A DNA stretch of 45,561 nt from Candidatus Woesearchaeota archaeon (GTDB lineage: Archaea; Nanobdellota; Nanobdellia; SCGC-AAA011-G17; PNOQ01). Positions 20,741 to 30,118 of this stretch are shown here, one piece after another. Both the position numbers and the translations under genes were made by a program. How positions within the stretch are numbered: the stretch's first letter is position 1; the number at the start of each line of letters is the position of its first letter. A model generated the notes under the pieces. The model saw nothing but the letters and a program-made list of their open reading frames with translations. It had not been told where the DNA came from and did no database searches. The stretch spans positions 1-45,561 of the forward strand of contig JBDRML010000017.1 in NCBI GenBank assembly GCA_043812195.1, written 5' to 3'.

Positions 20741-21997
20741 TTAGACATTTCGGGCAGTTATTTGACTATTAGGGCAAAAGTTACTTTCTAAGCCTAGTTC
20801 GTTCATTTCCATTATAACACAGCAAATATTATGGGCAATGATCTTGCACAATACTTCATTAACTTGTGCTGTCCATAATTTGCTTCTTACTCTATCTCCA
20901 AACTTGCTTTTAATCATGTGTACTGTGGTTTCTGCGTTGCTTCTTGCGTGATAGTGCTGTAAGTATTCTTCATTGTTTAACATGAAGAAATGATACATTT
21001 TCTTCCATATCATTCCATTTCCAGAGCCCTTGCTATTGCTCTTGAAAGGCACATAGAAAGTTCCACCTAAACTATTTACTAATTCAAAGTTATCTTTACT
21101 CAAATATGCCTTATCTCCTGATAGTTCTTCCATGTTAAAATATTTGGCTGTGTCTTGAGCCATTTCTTTAAGCTGTGGGCAATCTGCATCATTTTCAGTA
21201 GTTATTTTTACAGATGTTATGATGTTGCTTTTTGCTCCATTTACAAAATGACATTTAACCCACCTTCTTGAACAAATCTCTTTTCCATGCTTGAAGCTAT
21301 ACCATCTTTGAAAGTTGCTTGTGCCAAATCCTGTACTGTCAATATTAAATTTGGTTTCTGCTGTTCTTAATGGAAGGCTTGTTAACATTACCATCTTAGC
21401 TAATATTGGCGTTAATTCTGGCTTCTTGAAATAGTCAAACATAGTATTGTAAGGAACTTTGCTTTCAATAAATCCTTTCTCTAAAGCCCAATTCATATCA
21501 GTAGCAAACCTTCTTCCTGAAAAAGTTGAGTAGGTCTTGAAAACCATGGCAAAAATATTATCTCCTAAATTAGATCTTGGTCTGCCATAAGTGTAAGCAG
21601 GTTGTCTTATTCTTGAAGTTATATCTGCCAATAATTCCATTAGCTTTTCTTTTTCTGTTTGCTGTGAAATATTGTAAGACTTCCAATTCTGAGGGTAAGT
21701 TTTCTTTACAGTTTGAGTTATTACAGTATTGCCTTCCTTGTCTATTTCTTCTTTTAGAGTATATTCTACTGCGTGAATATGTTTGCATTTACATTTTCTT
21801 AATTCATAATCAGGACAATTACATTCTTTCTTATCGTATCTTACTTTTACTAGATACTTGCCTTTGTTAAATTGGCTTGGTACTTCATAACCCCTATCAG
21901 TTCTCCTTATCCTGTATTTCTGGGCAATTAACTTCCCTCTTTGTTCTCTTGTTAAATTCCTAAAGTTTTGCTCGGTTATTTGTTCCATTTTTATCAA
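20741..21997 (-). CDS. IS5/IS903-like DDE transposase with N-terminal SWIM finger
   Basis: CNCPDY...CKHIH (SWIM), IDSTGF, GDKAY, YHARSNAET. Confidence 0.88.
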   Translation of the reverse strand: MIKMEQITEQNFRNLTREQRGKLIAQKYRIRRTDRGYEVPSQFNKGKYLVKVRYDKKECNCPDYELRKCKCKHIHAVEYTLKEEIDKEGNTVITQTVKKTYPQNWKSYNISQQTEKEKLMELLADITSRIRQPAYTYGRPRSNLGDNIFAMVFKTYSTFSGRRFATDMNWALEKGFIESKVPYNTMFDYFKKPELTPILAKMVMLTSLPLRTAETKFNIDSTGFGTSNFQRWYSFKHGKEICSRRWVKCHFVNGAKSNIITSVKITTENDADCPQLKEMAQDTAKYFNMEELSGDKAYLSKDNFELVNSLGGTFYVPFKSNSKGSGNGMIWKKMYHFFMLNNEEYLQHYHARSNAETTVHMIKSKFGDRVRSKLWTAQVNEVLCKIIAHNICCVIMEMNELGLESNFCPNSQITARNV

Positions 21998-22151
21998 CTC
22001 CTGTACAACTCATTATTATATTAATAGGTATATACTATCTACTATATAAACATTGTTGTTCTGTATTATATAGATAAGATATCATTAGTAATATATTAAG
22101 AAGCACATAATACAAATATTTATATATTGTCTTAACATTACCTTTATTAAT

Positions 22152-22352
22152 ATGAACGATTCAAAAGAAAATATGGCTAAAAAAAAGGAACATGGAGCTA
22201 ATGTTGATTTGATTGGCAATAAGTGTTATCGTTGTGAGCATGAGTGGCTTCCCTATGATAAAGATGTTTTGCCAAGAGTATGCCCTAAATGTAAATCACC
22301 TTATTGGGACAGACCAAAAGTAAGGTTTAATAAAAAAGGTGGAGGAAAATGA
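22152..22352 (+). CDS. Small Zn-ribbon protein
   Basis: CYRCEHEWLP...PRVCPKCKSPYW; divergent from the transposase. Confidence 0.85.
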   Translation: MNDSKENMAKKKEHGANVDLIGNKCYRCEHEWLPYDKDVLPRVCPKCKSPYWDRPKVRFNKKGGGK

Positions 22353-22427
22353 GTCAATCTAAGGGGCTTTTACAGGTAGTCTTTTTCTACGAAAAAGAAA
22401 ATTGACAAAAAATTTAAAAACCGATAC

Positions 22428-22445
22428 ATATATATATATATATAT
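22428..22445. repeat. (AT)9 microsatellite in the livK upstream region
   Basis: c-ATATATATATATATATAT-g read directly. Confidence 0.9.
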
Positions 22446-22478
22446 GATAATAATTAACAATTATAATTAACTAATGAT

Positions 22479-23630
22479 GTGCTTATGATGAAAAAACAAA
22501 ACAAAATTTATTTAACGATAGGAATTGTTGCCGTAGTTCTGATTGCAGCAATCATGATGTTCTCAACTCCAAAAGGAGAAAATGATAATTCAAATACAGT
22601 TAAAATTAGATTTACAGGACCGCTTTCTGGTGCCTTTGCATACTATGGAACGCAAGCACAAAAAGGGTTGAATTTAGCATTTGAAGATTATGATTACTTG
22701 CTTAATGAAAAAAATCTAGTTTTAGATATAAAATATGAAGATAATACGGGAGACAAAACAAAAGCAGTTACTGATTTTAATACTTTTTTGAGTGGGGATA
22801 ATGTTGCTTTGGTAATTTCAACAAATACCCCATTAAGTCAGCCCTTAATTCCTTTAGCTGAACAAAACAATATTAATTTACTTGCATTAATTACTGGAGC
22901 AAAGGATTTTGCCAAGGATACTAACTATGTTTTTAGAGATGCAATAATGTCTTATGATGAAGGAGTTTTATTAGGAAATTATTTTAATCAGCAAGATTAT
23001 AGTAATATTGCTACTTTGGTTGTTAATGATGATTATGGTTTAAGTGGAGCATTAGGAGTTAAAGATGAATTAGAAAAAAATGGTAAAACCATTGTAGCAG
23101 AAGAAGTTTTTGAAAATTCAGCCACAGACGTTAGAACTCAAATAAACAAGATAAAAGAAAAAAATCCTGATGCTATTTTCTTGGTGGGAAGAGAATCTAA
23201 TTTAATTATTGCAATACAACAAATGATTGAATTGGGAATCCCTCAAGAGAAAATCTTTTCTATTGACTCATTTGAATCTCCAACCGTACTAAATGGTTTA
23301 GATTCTTTAGCAAATGGAATAAAGATTACAAGTGTTTATTACGATTTGAATAATTTAAATACAAAAAAGTTTTTTGATGAGTTTAAAGAAAAATACGATG
23401 CTGATCCCGGGATTTATGCAATTGATGCTTATTCTGCAGGAGAATATATAATACAATCTGTAGTTGATTGCGGTACTTCCTCGGAACAAATAAATGATTG
23501 TTTCACAACTAAAGAATTTGAAACTATAAAAGGAAATATTTCATTTAATAATCTTCATGACATGAGCATTACAGTAGGACTTTTTGAAATAGAAAACAAA
23601 AGCAAAATACTCATTGAGAAATTAAAATGA
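22479..23630 (+). CDS. livK: Branched-chain amino acid ABC transporter substrate-binding protein
   Basis: N-terminal membrane anchor, GPLSGAFAYYG, YEDN, NDDYG, NPDAIF, TIKGNISF. Confidence 0.85.
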   Translation: MLMMKKQNKIYLTIGIVAVVLIAAIMMFSTPKGENDNSNTVKIRFTGPLSGAFAYYGTQAQKGLNLAFEDYDYLLNEKNLVLDIKYEDNTGDKTKAVTDFNTFLSGDNVALVISTNTPLSQPLIPLAEQNNINLLALITGAKDFAKDTNYVFRDAIMSYDEGVLLGNYFNQQDYSNIATLVVNDDYGLSGALGVKDELEKNGKTIVAEEVFENSATDVRTQINKIKEKNPDAIFLVGRESNLIIAIQQMIELGIPQEKIFSIDSFESPTVLNGLDSLANGIKITSVYYDLNNLNTKKFFDEFKEKYDADPGIYAIDAYSAGEYIIQSVVDCGTSSEQINDCFTTKEFETIKGNISFNNLHDMSITVGLFEIENKSKILIEKLK

Positions 23631-24613
23631 ATAATATTAATTTATTTTCTTCTTTTCTTAATATTCGGGACAGCATTTATGCAAATGATTTAATAATTTA
23701 TGGGCTTACAAAATCAGGAATTATTGATTTAATGAAAAAAGATCCCCCTGGAATTACTTTTCAAGAAATAGTTCGAAAATTAAAACTAAAACCTCGACCT
23801 CTTAAAGTTTTAATTGATCTTCTTGTAGCAATGAAATTTTTTGAATTAAAAAAGGATAAATATTTTTTAGATGAAGATTTTGAGAAGGGCGTGGTAAATT
23901 CTGGTTTAATATACTACTTAACTGAACTAAATCAAAGAGAATTTGTATTGGGATTTGAAAAAGTCTTTAAAACTGATGAACCTATTCCATACCCAAAAAG
24001 AAATCAAAAATGGGAAAAATCTCTTGACAATACTAAGTTTGTAAAAGAATTTAACAATACTATGAAAGTGAGAGGAGCCTTATTAGCAAAAGAATTATTT
24101 AAGAATATAAATTTAAACAAAAACAAGACGCTTTTACTTTTAGATATTGGTGGCAGTTCTGGAATTTATTCAAAAGAAGCAACATTAAAATTTAATAAAT
24201 TAAATGCAATAGTTCTCGATAAAAATACTGTCCTAAAAAAAACTATTAAAGGAAAGCGATTGAGATTTGAATGTTTGGACATGTTCACAGAGGGTTATCC
24301 TAATGCAGATCTACATTTATATTCTAATGTCCTTCATGATTGGAATGAAAAGGAAAATCTATTTTTACTAAAGAAAAGCTATAAATCATTACCAAAAAAA
24401 GGAAAAATAATAGTTCATGATGCTTTTTATGGAGCAAAAGCAAAAGAAGATATTTCCATACTTAGTTACTCGGCTTTGCTAATGTTACTTACCCATGGGA
24501 GATGCTACTCTATCGGAGAAATGAAAGAACTATTAGAAAAAGCAGGATTTAAGGGAATAATTTACAAGAAGACAATAGCAGGGAGAGGAGTAATAATCGG
24601 AGAAAAACACTAA
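23627..24613 (+). CDS. SAM-dependent O-methyltransferase (Methyltransf_2 with dimerisation wHTH)
   Basis: LLDIGGSSG, DMF, YSNVLHDW, LPKKGKIIVHD, LEKAGF. Confidence 0.85.
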   Translation: MNNINLFSSFLNIRDSIYANDLIIYGLTKSGIIDLMKKDPPGITFQEIVRKLKLKPRPLKVLIDLLVAMKFFELKKDKYFLDEDFEKGVVNSGLIYYLTELNQREFVLGFEKVFKTDEPIPYPKRNQKWEKSLDNTKFVKEFNNTMKVRGALLAKELFKNINLNKNKTLLLLDIGGSSGIYSKEATLKFNKLNAIVLDKNTVLKKTIKGKRLRFECLDMFTEGYPNADLHLYSNVLHDWNEKENLFLLKKSYKSLPKKGKIIVHDAFYGAKAKEDISILSYSALLMLLTHGRCYSIGEMKELLEKAGFKGIIYKKTIAGRGVIIGEKH

Positions 24614-24660
24614 ATTTATTAACTTCTTTTTTTATTTTATTTTTAAAGAGGTAAACTAAT

Positions 24661-25545
24661 ATGTCATCAATCGCATTTCAATTATTAATAGATGGTTTAA
24701 TAGCAGGAGCCATCTACGCTTTAGTCGCATCTGGTTTTTCTTTAATTTATTCTACAAACAAGTTTATTCATTTTGCACACGGAGCAGTAATTGCTTTTAG
24801 TGCTTATGTTTTGTATTTCTTGTTTTCTGTTTTGGGATTAAATTTTGGTTTTGCAGTTGCTTTAGCAATAGTTTTTGCTTCGTTGCTTGGCTATGGAATG
24901 AATATTGCAGTTTACAAACAACTAAGAAAAAAGAAAACTTCTTCCGTAATTCTTTTAATCGCGAGTGTCGGATTATTAATTTTATTAGAATCCTTAATTT
25001 TGCTCTTATTTGGTGCTGATGTTAAAACAATTGGTTTCATCAAAGTTGCAAAAGGAATGGAGTTTTTGGGAGCAATCATCACTCCCTTACAGATATTTAT
25101 CATAATTACTTCAATATTCCTTTTGGCAGGGCTTTTCCTCTTCATGAAAAAAACAAAGCTAGGAAAAGCAATGAGAGCCGTTTCTGATAATAAAGATGTA
25201 GCAGAGATTGTGGGCATTTCCTCAGAAAAGATTTATTCCTGGAGTTTTATTATTGGCTCGGCTGTTGCAGGAATAGCTGCAATATTAATAAGTTTAGAAC
25301 AAAATCTTGAACCAGTTATGGGAACAAATTTAATGATTAAAGGTTTTGCAGCTGCAATTATTGGAGGAATTGGTTCTGTTCATGGTGCTATCTTGGGTGC
25401 ATTTTTATTAGGGATAGTTGAAAACTTTGGTATTTGGTACTTGCCTTCTGGTTATAAAGATGCAATTGCATTCGTCTTATTATTCATATTCCTACTATTC
25501 AGACCGCAAGGAATTTTAGGGATTAAAAGGAGAAGTGAAAAATGA
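24661..25545 (+). CDS. livH: BCAA ABC transporter permease
   Basis: GAIYALVASGFSLIY...HFAHG, TKLGKAMRAVSDN, KGFAAAIIGGIGS, RPQGILG. Confidence 0.93.
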   Translation: MSSIAFQLLIDGLIAGAIYALVASGFSLIYSTNKFIHFAHGAVIAFSAYVLYFLFSVLGLNFGFAVALAIVFASLLGYGMNIAVYKQLRKKKTSSVILLIASVGLLILLESLILLLFGADVKTIGFIKVAKGMEFLGAIITPLQIFIIITSIFLLAGLFLFMKKTKLGKAMRAVSDNKDVAEIVGISSEKIYSWSFIIGSAVAGIAAILISLEQNLEPVMGTNLMIKGFAAAIIGGIGSVHGAILGAFLLGIVENFGIWYLPSGYKDAIAFVLLFIFLLFRPQGILGIKRRSEK

Positions 25546-26414
25546 TTGAAGCATATTTCATCCACTTAGCAATTTTGGTTGGAATTTATTTAATTCTTGC
25601 TTTATCTTTGCAATTAGCTTTAGGTTATACTGGATTAATAAATCTGGGACATATTGCTTTTTTTGCTATTGGTGCTTATGTTTCAGCATTGCTTACTTTA
25701 AATGGAATTCCTTTTATAATCGCTTTTTTGTTAGCAGGAATTATATCTGCAGGATTTGGATTTCTACTATCAATTCCAACAAATAAACTTAAAGGAGATT
25801 ATCTTGCTTTAGCAACTTTAGCTTTTACTTTTGTAGTATATGCAGTGACTTTAAACTGGACTTCTTTAACAAGAGGGCCTTTGGGTTTGCTTGGAATTCC
25901 AAAGCCTTCGATTTTTGGTTTGAGTTTCTCTTCAAATCTTAGTTTTCTAATCCTAACAATAATTATAGTTGTAGTAGTTTATTTCATAATAAAAAGAATA
26001 GTAGATTCTCAGTTTGGAAAAGTTATGGAAGCAACAAGAGATAATGAACTTGCAACACAAGTTTTAGGGAAAAACACGTTTAAAATCAAGTCAATTGTTT
26101 TAGCAACCTCTGCTTTTTTTGCAGGCTTAGCTGGAAGTTTATATGCTCATTACATAACTTACATTGATCCTTCATCTTTCACCATAATGCAATTAATTCC
26201 TATCTTATGTATTGTTATTATTGGGGGCTTAGCTTCATTAAGAGGAACAGTTATTGCAACTGTCATTTTAATCCTATTGCCTGAATCATTAAGGTTTATT
26301 GGCTTTCCTTCTTCAGTTATTGGTCCAATGAGACAAATCATTTATGCTTTAATATTATTAATCATATTACTATATAGGCCAAAAGGTTTTTTTGGCAAGG
26401 TGGAGTTAGAATAA
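25542..26414 (+). CDS. livM: BCAA ABC transporter permease
   Basis: GYTGLINLGHIAFFAIGAY, LKGDYLALATLAF, LTRGPLGL, RDNELA. Confidence 0.93.
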   Translation: MIEAYFIHLAILVGIYLILALSLQLALGYTGLINLGHIAFFAIGAYVSALLTLNGIPFIIAFLLAGIISAGFGFLLSIPTNKLKGDYLALATLAFTFVVYAVTLNWTSLTRGPLGLLGIPKPSIFGLSFSSNLSFLILTIIIVVVVYFIIKRIVDSQFGKVMEATRDNELATQVLGKNTFKIKSIVLATSAFFAGLAGSLYAHYITYIDPSSFTIMQLIPILCIVIIGGLASLRGTVIATVILILLPESLRFIGFPSSVIGPMRQIIYALILLIILLYRPKGFFGKVELE

Positions 26415-26415
26415 C

Positions 26416-27153
26416 ATGTTAAAAATACAAAACTTGTCAAAACATTTCGGAGGAGTAAAGGCAGTGGATAACTGTAGCTTTGAAGTCAAAGAAAATTATA
26501 TTACTGCACTTATTGGCCAAAATGGTTCTGGGAAATCAACAGTTTTTAATATTATTTCACAAGTTGTTGATGAAGATTCTGGTATAATTACATATGATAA
26601 ACAAAATATAACTCATTTTTCACCAGAACAAGTTTCAAATGCGGGAATCTCAAGGTTATTCCAAAAATCACAACTATTCTATAACTTAACAATTAAAGAA
26701 AATCTGCTTTTATCTTTAGATAATGAAGATACAAAATTTTGGAAAAATCTATTTGGAAAAAACAAAATAACAAAAGAGAAAGAGGAAAAAGTGAAAAAGG
26801 CTTTAGAATTAGTAGAAATGTATTCTTTTGCAAGTAAACTTGGAAGAGAATTAAGTTATGGACAAAAAAGACTTATTGAAATTGTAAGAACAATTCTTAA
26901 TCCTCATAAATTGTTAATGTTAGATGAACCAATTGCAGGAGTAACTCCAAAACTGAGAACGAAGATTTCAGAAATCTTACTAGGTCTAAAAAAACAAGGT
27001 GCAACAATACTGTTAATAGAACATGACATGAATTTTGCTTTAAACCTTGCTGATGAAGTTATTGTTTTAGATGAAGGAAGAGTTATTGCAAAAGGAACAC
27101 CTAATCAAATAAAGAACAATAAAAAAGTCTTAGGGGCTTATTTGGGAGAGTAA
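26416..27153 (+). CDS. livG: BCAA ABC transporter ATPase
   Basis: FGGVKAVD, GQNGSGKST, LSYGQKR, LDEP, IEHDM, AYLG. Confidence 0.93.
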   Translation: MLKIQNLSKHFGGVKAVDNCSFEVKENYITALIGQNGSGKSTVFNIISQVVDEDSGIITYDKQNITHFSPEQVSNAGISRLFQKSQLFYNLTIKENLLLSLDNEDTKFWKNLFGKNKITKEKEEKVKKALELVEMYSFASKLGRELSYGQKRLIEIVRTILNPHKLLMLDEPIAGVTPKLRTKISEILLGLKKQGATILLIEHDMNFALNLADEVIVLDEGRVIAKGTPNQIKNNKKVLGAYLGE

Positions 27154-27154
27154 T

Positions 27155-27859
27155 ATGCTACAAATTAAAGATTTAAAATCAGGCTATAATGAAATGGAAA
27201 TACTTCATGAGGCTGATATAGAAGTTAAACCAGGAGAAATTGTAGCAATTATTGGTCCTAATGGTAGTGGAAAATCAACACTTTTAAAAAGTATATTTAA
27301 TTTATGCAATATTTATTCAGGTAAGATAATTTGGAAAAATAAAAACATTACAAAATTAAAAACTCATGAAAAAATATTTGAAGGAATGTCTTATGTTCCT
27401 CAAGGAAGGCAAGTTTTTAGAGATTTAACTGTTCATGAAAATCTTGAAATGGGAGCTTTTATAATGAAAGACAAAGAATTAGTTAAAACTAATATTCAGG
27501 ATGTTTATGAAAAATTCCCCTTCTTAAAAGAAAAACGACATAAATATGCAGATACCCTATCTGGTGGACAACAACAAATGCTTTCAATAGGAAGGGCGTT
27601 AATTCAAAACCCCCAATTATTGTTATTAGACGAGCCTTCTCTTGGTTTGAGCCCAAAAGCAATGAAGGAAATATTTCAAAAAATAAAAGAAATCAATAAA
27701 GAAGGAGTTTCCGTAATAATTGTAGAACAAAACGCAAAACAGGCAGTTGAAATTGCAGATAAAACATATATTCTTGAAGATGGAAAAATCGCACTAACTG
27801 GTGGAAAAGAGATCTTGAAAAATCCAAAGATAAAAGACATCTATTTTGGTGGAAGATAA
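27155..27859 (+). CDS. livF: BCAA ABC transporter ATPase
   Basis: GPNGSGKST, YVPQGRQVF, LSGGQQQML, LDEPSLGLSP, VEQNA. Confidence 0.93.
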   Translation: MLQIKDLKSGYNEMEILHEADIEVKPGEIVAIIGPNGSGKSTLLKSIFNLCNIYSGKIIWKNKNITKLKTHEKIFEGMSYVPQGRQVFRDLTVHENLEMGAFIMKDKELVKTNIQDVYEKFPFLKEKRHKYADTLSGGQQQMLSIGRALIQNPQLLLLDEPSLGLSPKAMKEIFQKIKEINKEGVSVIIVEQNAKQAVEIADKTYILEDGKIALTGGKEILKNPKIKDIYFGGR

Positions 27860-28166
27860 TGTTCTTTTAGAAAAAGAACCAAAAGTAAAAGCCCCCTCTA
27901 TTTTCTTTTTTTAGAAAAAAGAAACCAAAAATCTGGACTCCCCCTCGTCCTTCGGACATATAGTCTCCTACGGAGAAATTTATTATCGTGAAAATTTAAC
28001 TCTTAATCGCAATGTTAAGCAAATTTTTCTTTGAGTTAAGATGGGTCTACTTTTCAGGCAGAACTAATACTTTTCAAGCAACCTTTACTTATCGTGGACT
28101 TATCGGGCAAAGCCAGTGATAAGCAAAAATATATAAATCATACCCAATTAACATTTTCGGTTATAA

Positions 28167-29381
28167 ATGACAGCAACAGTCGTAGTAGGAATGCAGTATG
28201 GTGATGAAGGTAAAGGAAAAGTTGTAGATTTTTTAGCTAAAAATGCAGATTATGTTGTAAGATATCAAGGCGGAAATAATGCTGGCCACACAGTTGTAAT
28301 TGATAATGAACAAACAATTCTTCATTTAATACCATCAGGAATTTTTCATAATAAAATTTGTGTTCTAGGAAACGGCATGGTTTTAGATTTAGATAAATTA
28401 AAAGAAGAGATAGAAACACTAGAATCTAAAGGAATATCTGTTCTTGAAAATTTACTAATTAGTGAAAATGCACATATTATTCTTCCAGAAGACGTTAAAA
28501 GTTCTAAAAAAGATAGAATAGGAAGCACAGGAAGAGGAATAGCACCAGCATATACAAATAAAAGTGCAAAAACAGGATTAAGAGTTAGAGACATTTTAAA
28601 TATCGAAGATAAAATAGATGGAATTGACATCAGAGCAAGAAATAGATTAAGCATATATAAAAAATATCTAAAACAATATGAATATTTAAAAGATAATGTT
28701 GTTAATGTTTCAAAAGTTTTAAATGATGCCATAGAAGAAGGAAAAAATATTTTGTTTGAGGGTGCCCAAGGAACAGGTTTAGACATAGATCATGGACAAT
28801 ATCCTTTTGTAACAAGCAGTAATTCAACAGCAGGAGGTGCCTGTACAGGATCTGGAATTGGTCCAACTAAAATAGACAAAGTTATAGGGATATGCAAAGC
28901 TTATATAACAAGAGTAGATAGAGAAGGAGAAAGTCCATTAACTACACAATTAGATGACAAAACCGGGAAAAAATTAAGAGAGAATGGACATGAATACGGC
29001 GCTACAACAGGAAGACCAAGAAGATGTGGTTGGTTCGATGCAGTCTTAGCAAATCATGCAGTAAGAGTAAACGGAATATCAGAAGTTATTCTAACAAAAT
29101 TAGATGTTCTGGATGGATTTAAAAAATTAAAAATATGCACACATTATGAATTAGACAGAGAAAAAATTGAAGATTTCCCAACAGATTCTATTGTACAAAG
29201 AAGATGCAAACCAATTTATGAATCTATAAAAGGATGGTCAAAGACTGTTAAAAAAGCAAAAACATTCAACGAACTACCAGAAGAAGCAAGAAATTATATT
29301 AGAAGAATAGAAGATCTTATGCAGACAAAAGTTTCATATGTCACAACAGGACCTAAAAGAGACCAAATAATTGAAATCTAA
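28167..29381 (+). CDS. purA: Adenylosuccinate synthetase
   Basis: QYGDEGKGK, GGNNAGHT, EGAQG, GATTGRPRRCGWFD, TKLDVL. Confidence 0.98.
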   Translation: MTATVVVGMQYGDEGKGKVVDFLAKNADYVVRYQGGNNAGHTVVIDNEQTILHLIPSGIFHNKICVLGNGMVLDLDKLKEEIETLESKGISVLENLLISENAHIILPEDVKSSKKDRIGSTGRGIAPAYTNKSAKTGLRVRDILNIEDKIDGIDIRARNRLSIYKKYLKQYEYLKDNVVNVSKVLNDAIEEGKNILFEGAQGTGLDIDHGQYPFVTSSNSTAGGACTGSGIGPTKIDKVIGICKAYITRVDREGESPLTTQLDDKTGKKLRENGHEYGATTGRPRRCGWFDAVLANHAVRVNGISEVILTKLDVLDGFKKLKICTHYELDREKIEDFPTDSIVQRRCKPIYESIKGWSKTVKKAKTFNELPEEARNYIRRIEDLMQTKVSYVTTGPKRDQIIEI

Positions 29382-30064
29382 TAATCACCTATTTTTTTCT
29401 GAGTTTTATTTTTAACCTGATTCTTAAAAGTAGCCCAAGTTTTTCTAAATATTTCAGGATGCTTTTCCCAATTCTCTTTAATGAATTTCTGTGTTATAGC
29501 ATTACTAGGATAACCAGGACCAACTTCACCATATTTAGCATTAATTTTATCCATCTCTCTATCTCTAGTAACTTTAGCTAATATAGAAGCAGCAGAAACA
29601 ACAGGATATTTTACATCTGCCTTATGCTCAGCTATAATCTCTTTATCTTTATTTTTAAGATAAACTTTAAGATAATCCACATAAGAACTTTTATTATTAC
29701 TAGGACAATCTAAAATTGTAGTATCAGGATTAAATTCATTTATAATTAAAGCAGATTTCACAGCTTCCAATTTATTCAAATTTAATTCAACAGAATTCAA
29801 AGCATCATCAATTTCTTTTGGTTCAATAACAATTATTCTAGTACTCTTAGCAATATCAATAATCTTATCAAACATTTTATCTCTTTTATCACGAGTCAAT
29901 AATTTAGAATCTTTTACACCAAGAGCTTTCAGTTTAGCTTCATCATTCTTACTAATCATTACTCCAGCCATTACCATTGGTCCGATGACAGGCCCTCAAG
30001 GCAAACCTAAAACTATTGTTTAAGGTTTTTTACCCGCCTCATCGATCCCAAGTATTGTAGTCAT
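29378..30064 (-). CDS. rnhB: Ribonuclease HII, two exons (30064-30030 and 29996-29378; 217 aa after splicing)
   Basis: Exon 1 MTTILGIDEAG(K) joins exon 2 GPVIGPMVMAGV...GVKDSK...HKAD..YPVVSAASILAKVTRD...GYPS once 33 nt are removed. Confidence 0.92.
29997..30029 (-). other. 33-nt BHB mRNA intron in rnhB
   Basis: Central helix GGGU/GCCU, bulges AA|A and UG|A, intron stem AAACCUUAAAC-AAUA-GUUUUAGGUUU, exon pairing CGAUGA/UCAUCG; in-frame TAA inside. Confidence 0.88.
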
Positions 30065-30118
30065 ATAATTATTAAAATGAAAAGCTTTTAAAAGCTTGTG
30101 ATTGACTGAAAAACCCAA

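Larger units (their letters stand above)
22362..27896. mobile_element. Possible nested non-autonomous element bounding the liv operon
   Basis: GGGGCTTTTAC (22363-22373) and GTAAAAGCCCC (27885-27895) form an 11-bp inverted repeat, each with an internal T-run/A-run hairpin; TCTA flanks both sides (22358-22361, 27897-27900). Confidence 0.5.
20714..28114. mobile_element. IS5-family (IS903-like) cargo transposon, 7401 bp, carrying a liv ABC transporter
   Basis: Perfect 15-bp TIRs GGCTTTGCCCGATAA (20714-20728; rc at 28100-28114); perfect 9-bp TSD AGTGATAAG (20705-20713, 28115-28123). GGCTTTG ends and a 9-bp TSD are IS903-group features. Confidence 0.93.

Noticed and set aside
19475-21997. The two convergent transposases as one composite transposon
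   Set aside because: They belong to different families, each with its own TIR pair and TSD extending in opposite directions.
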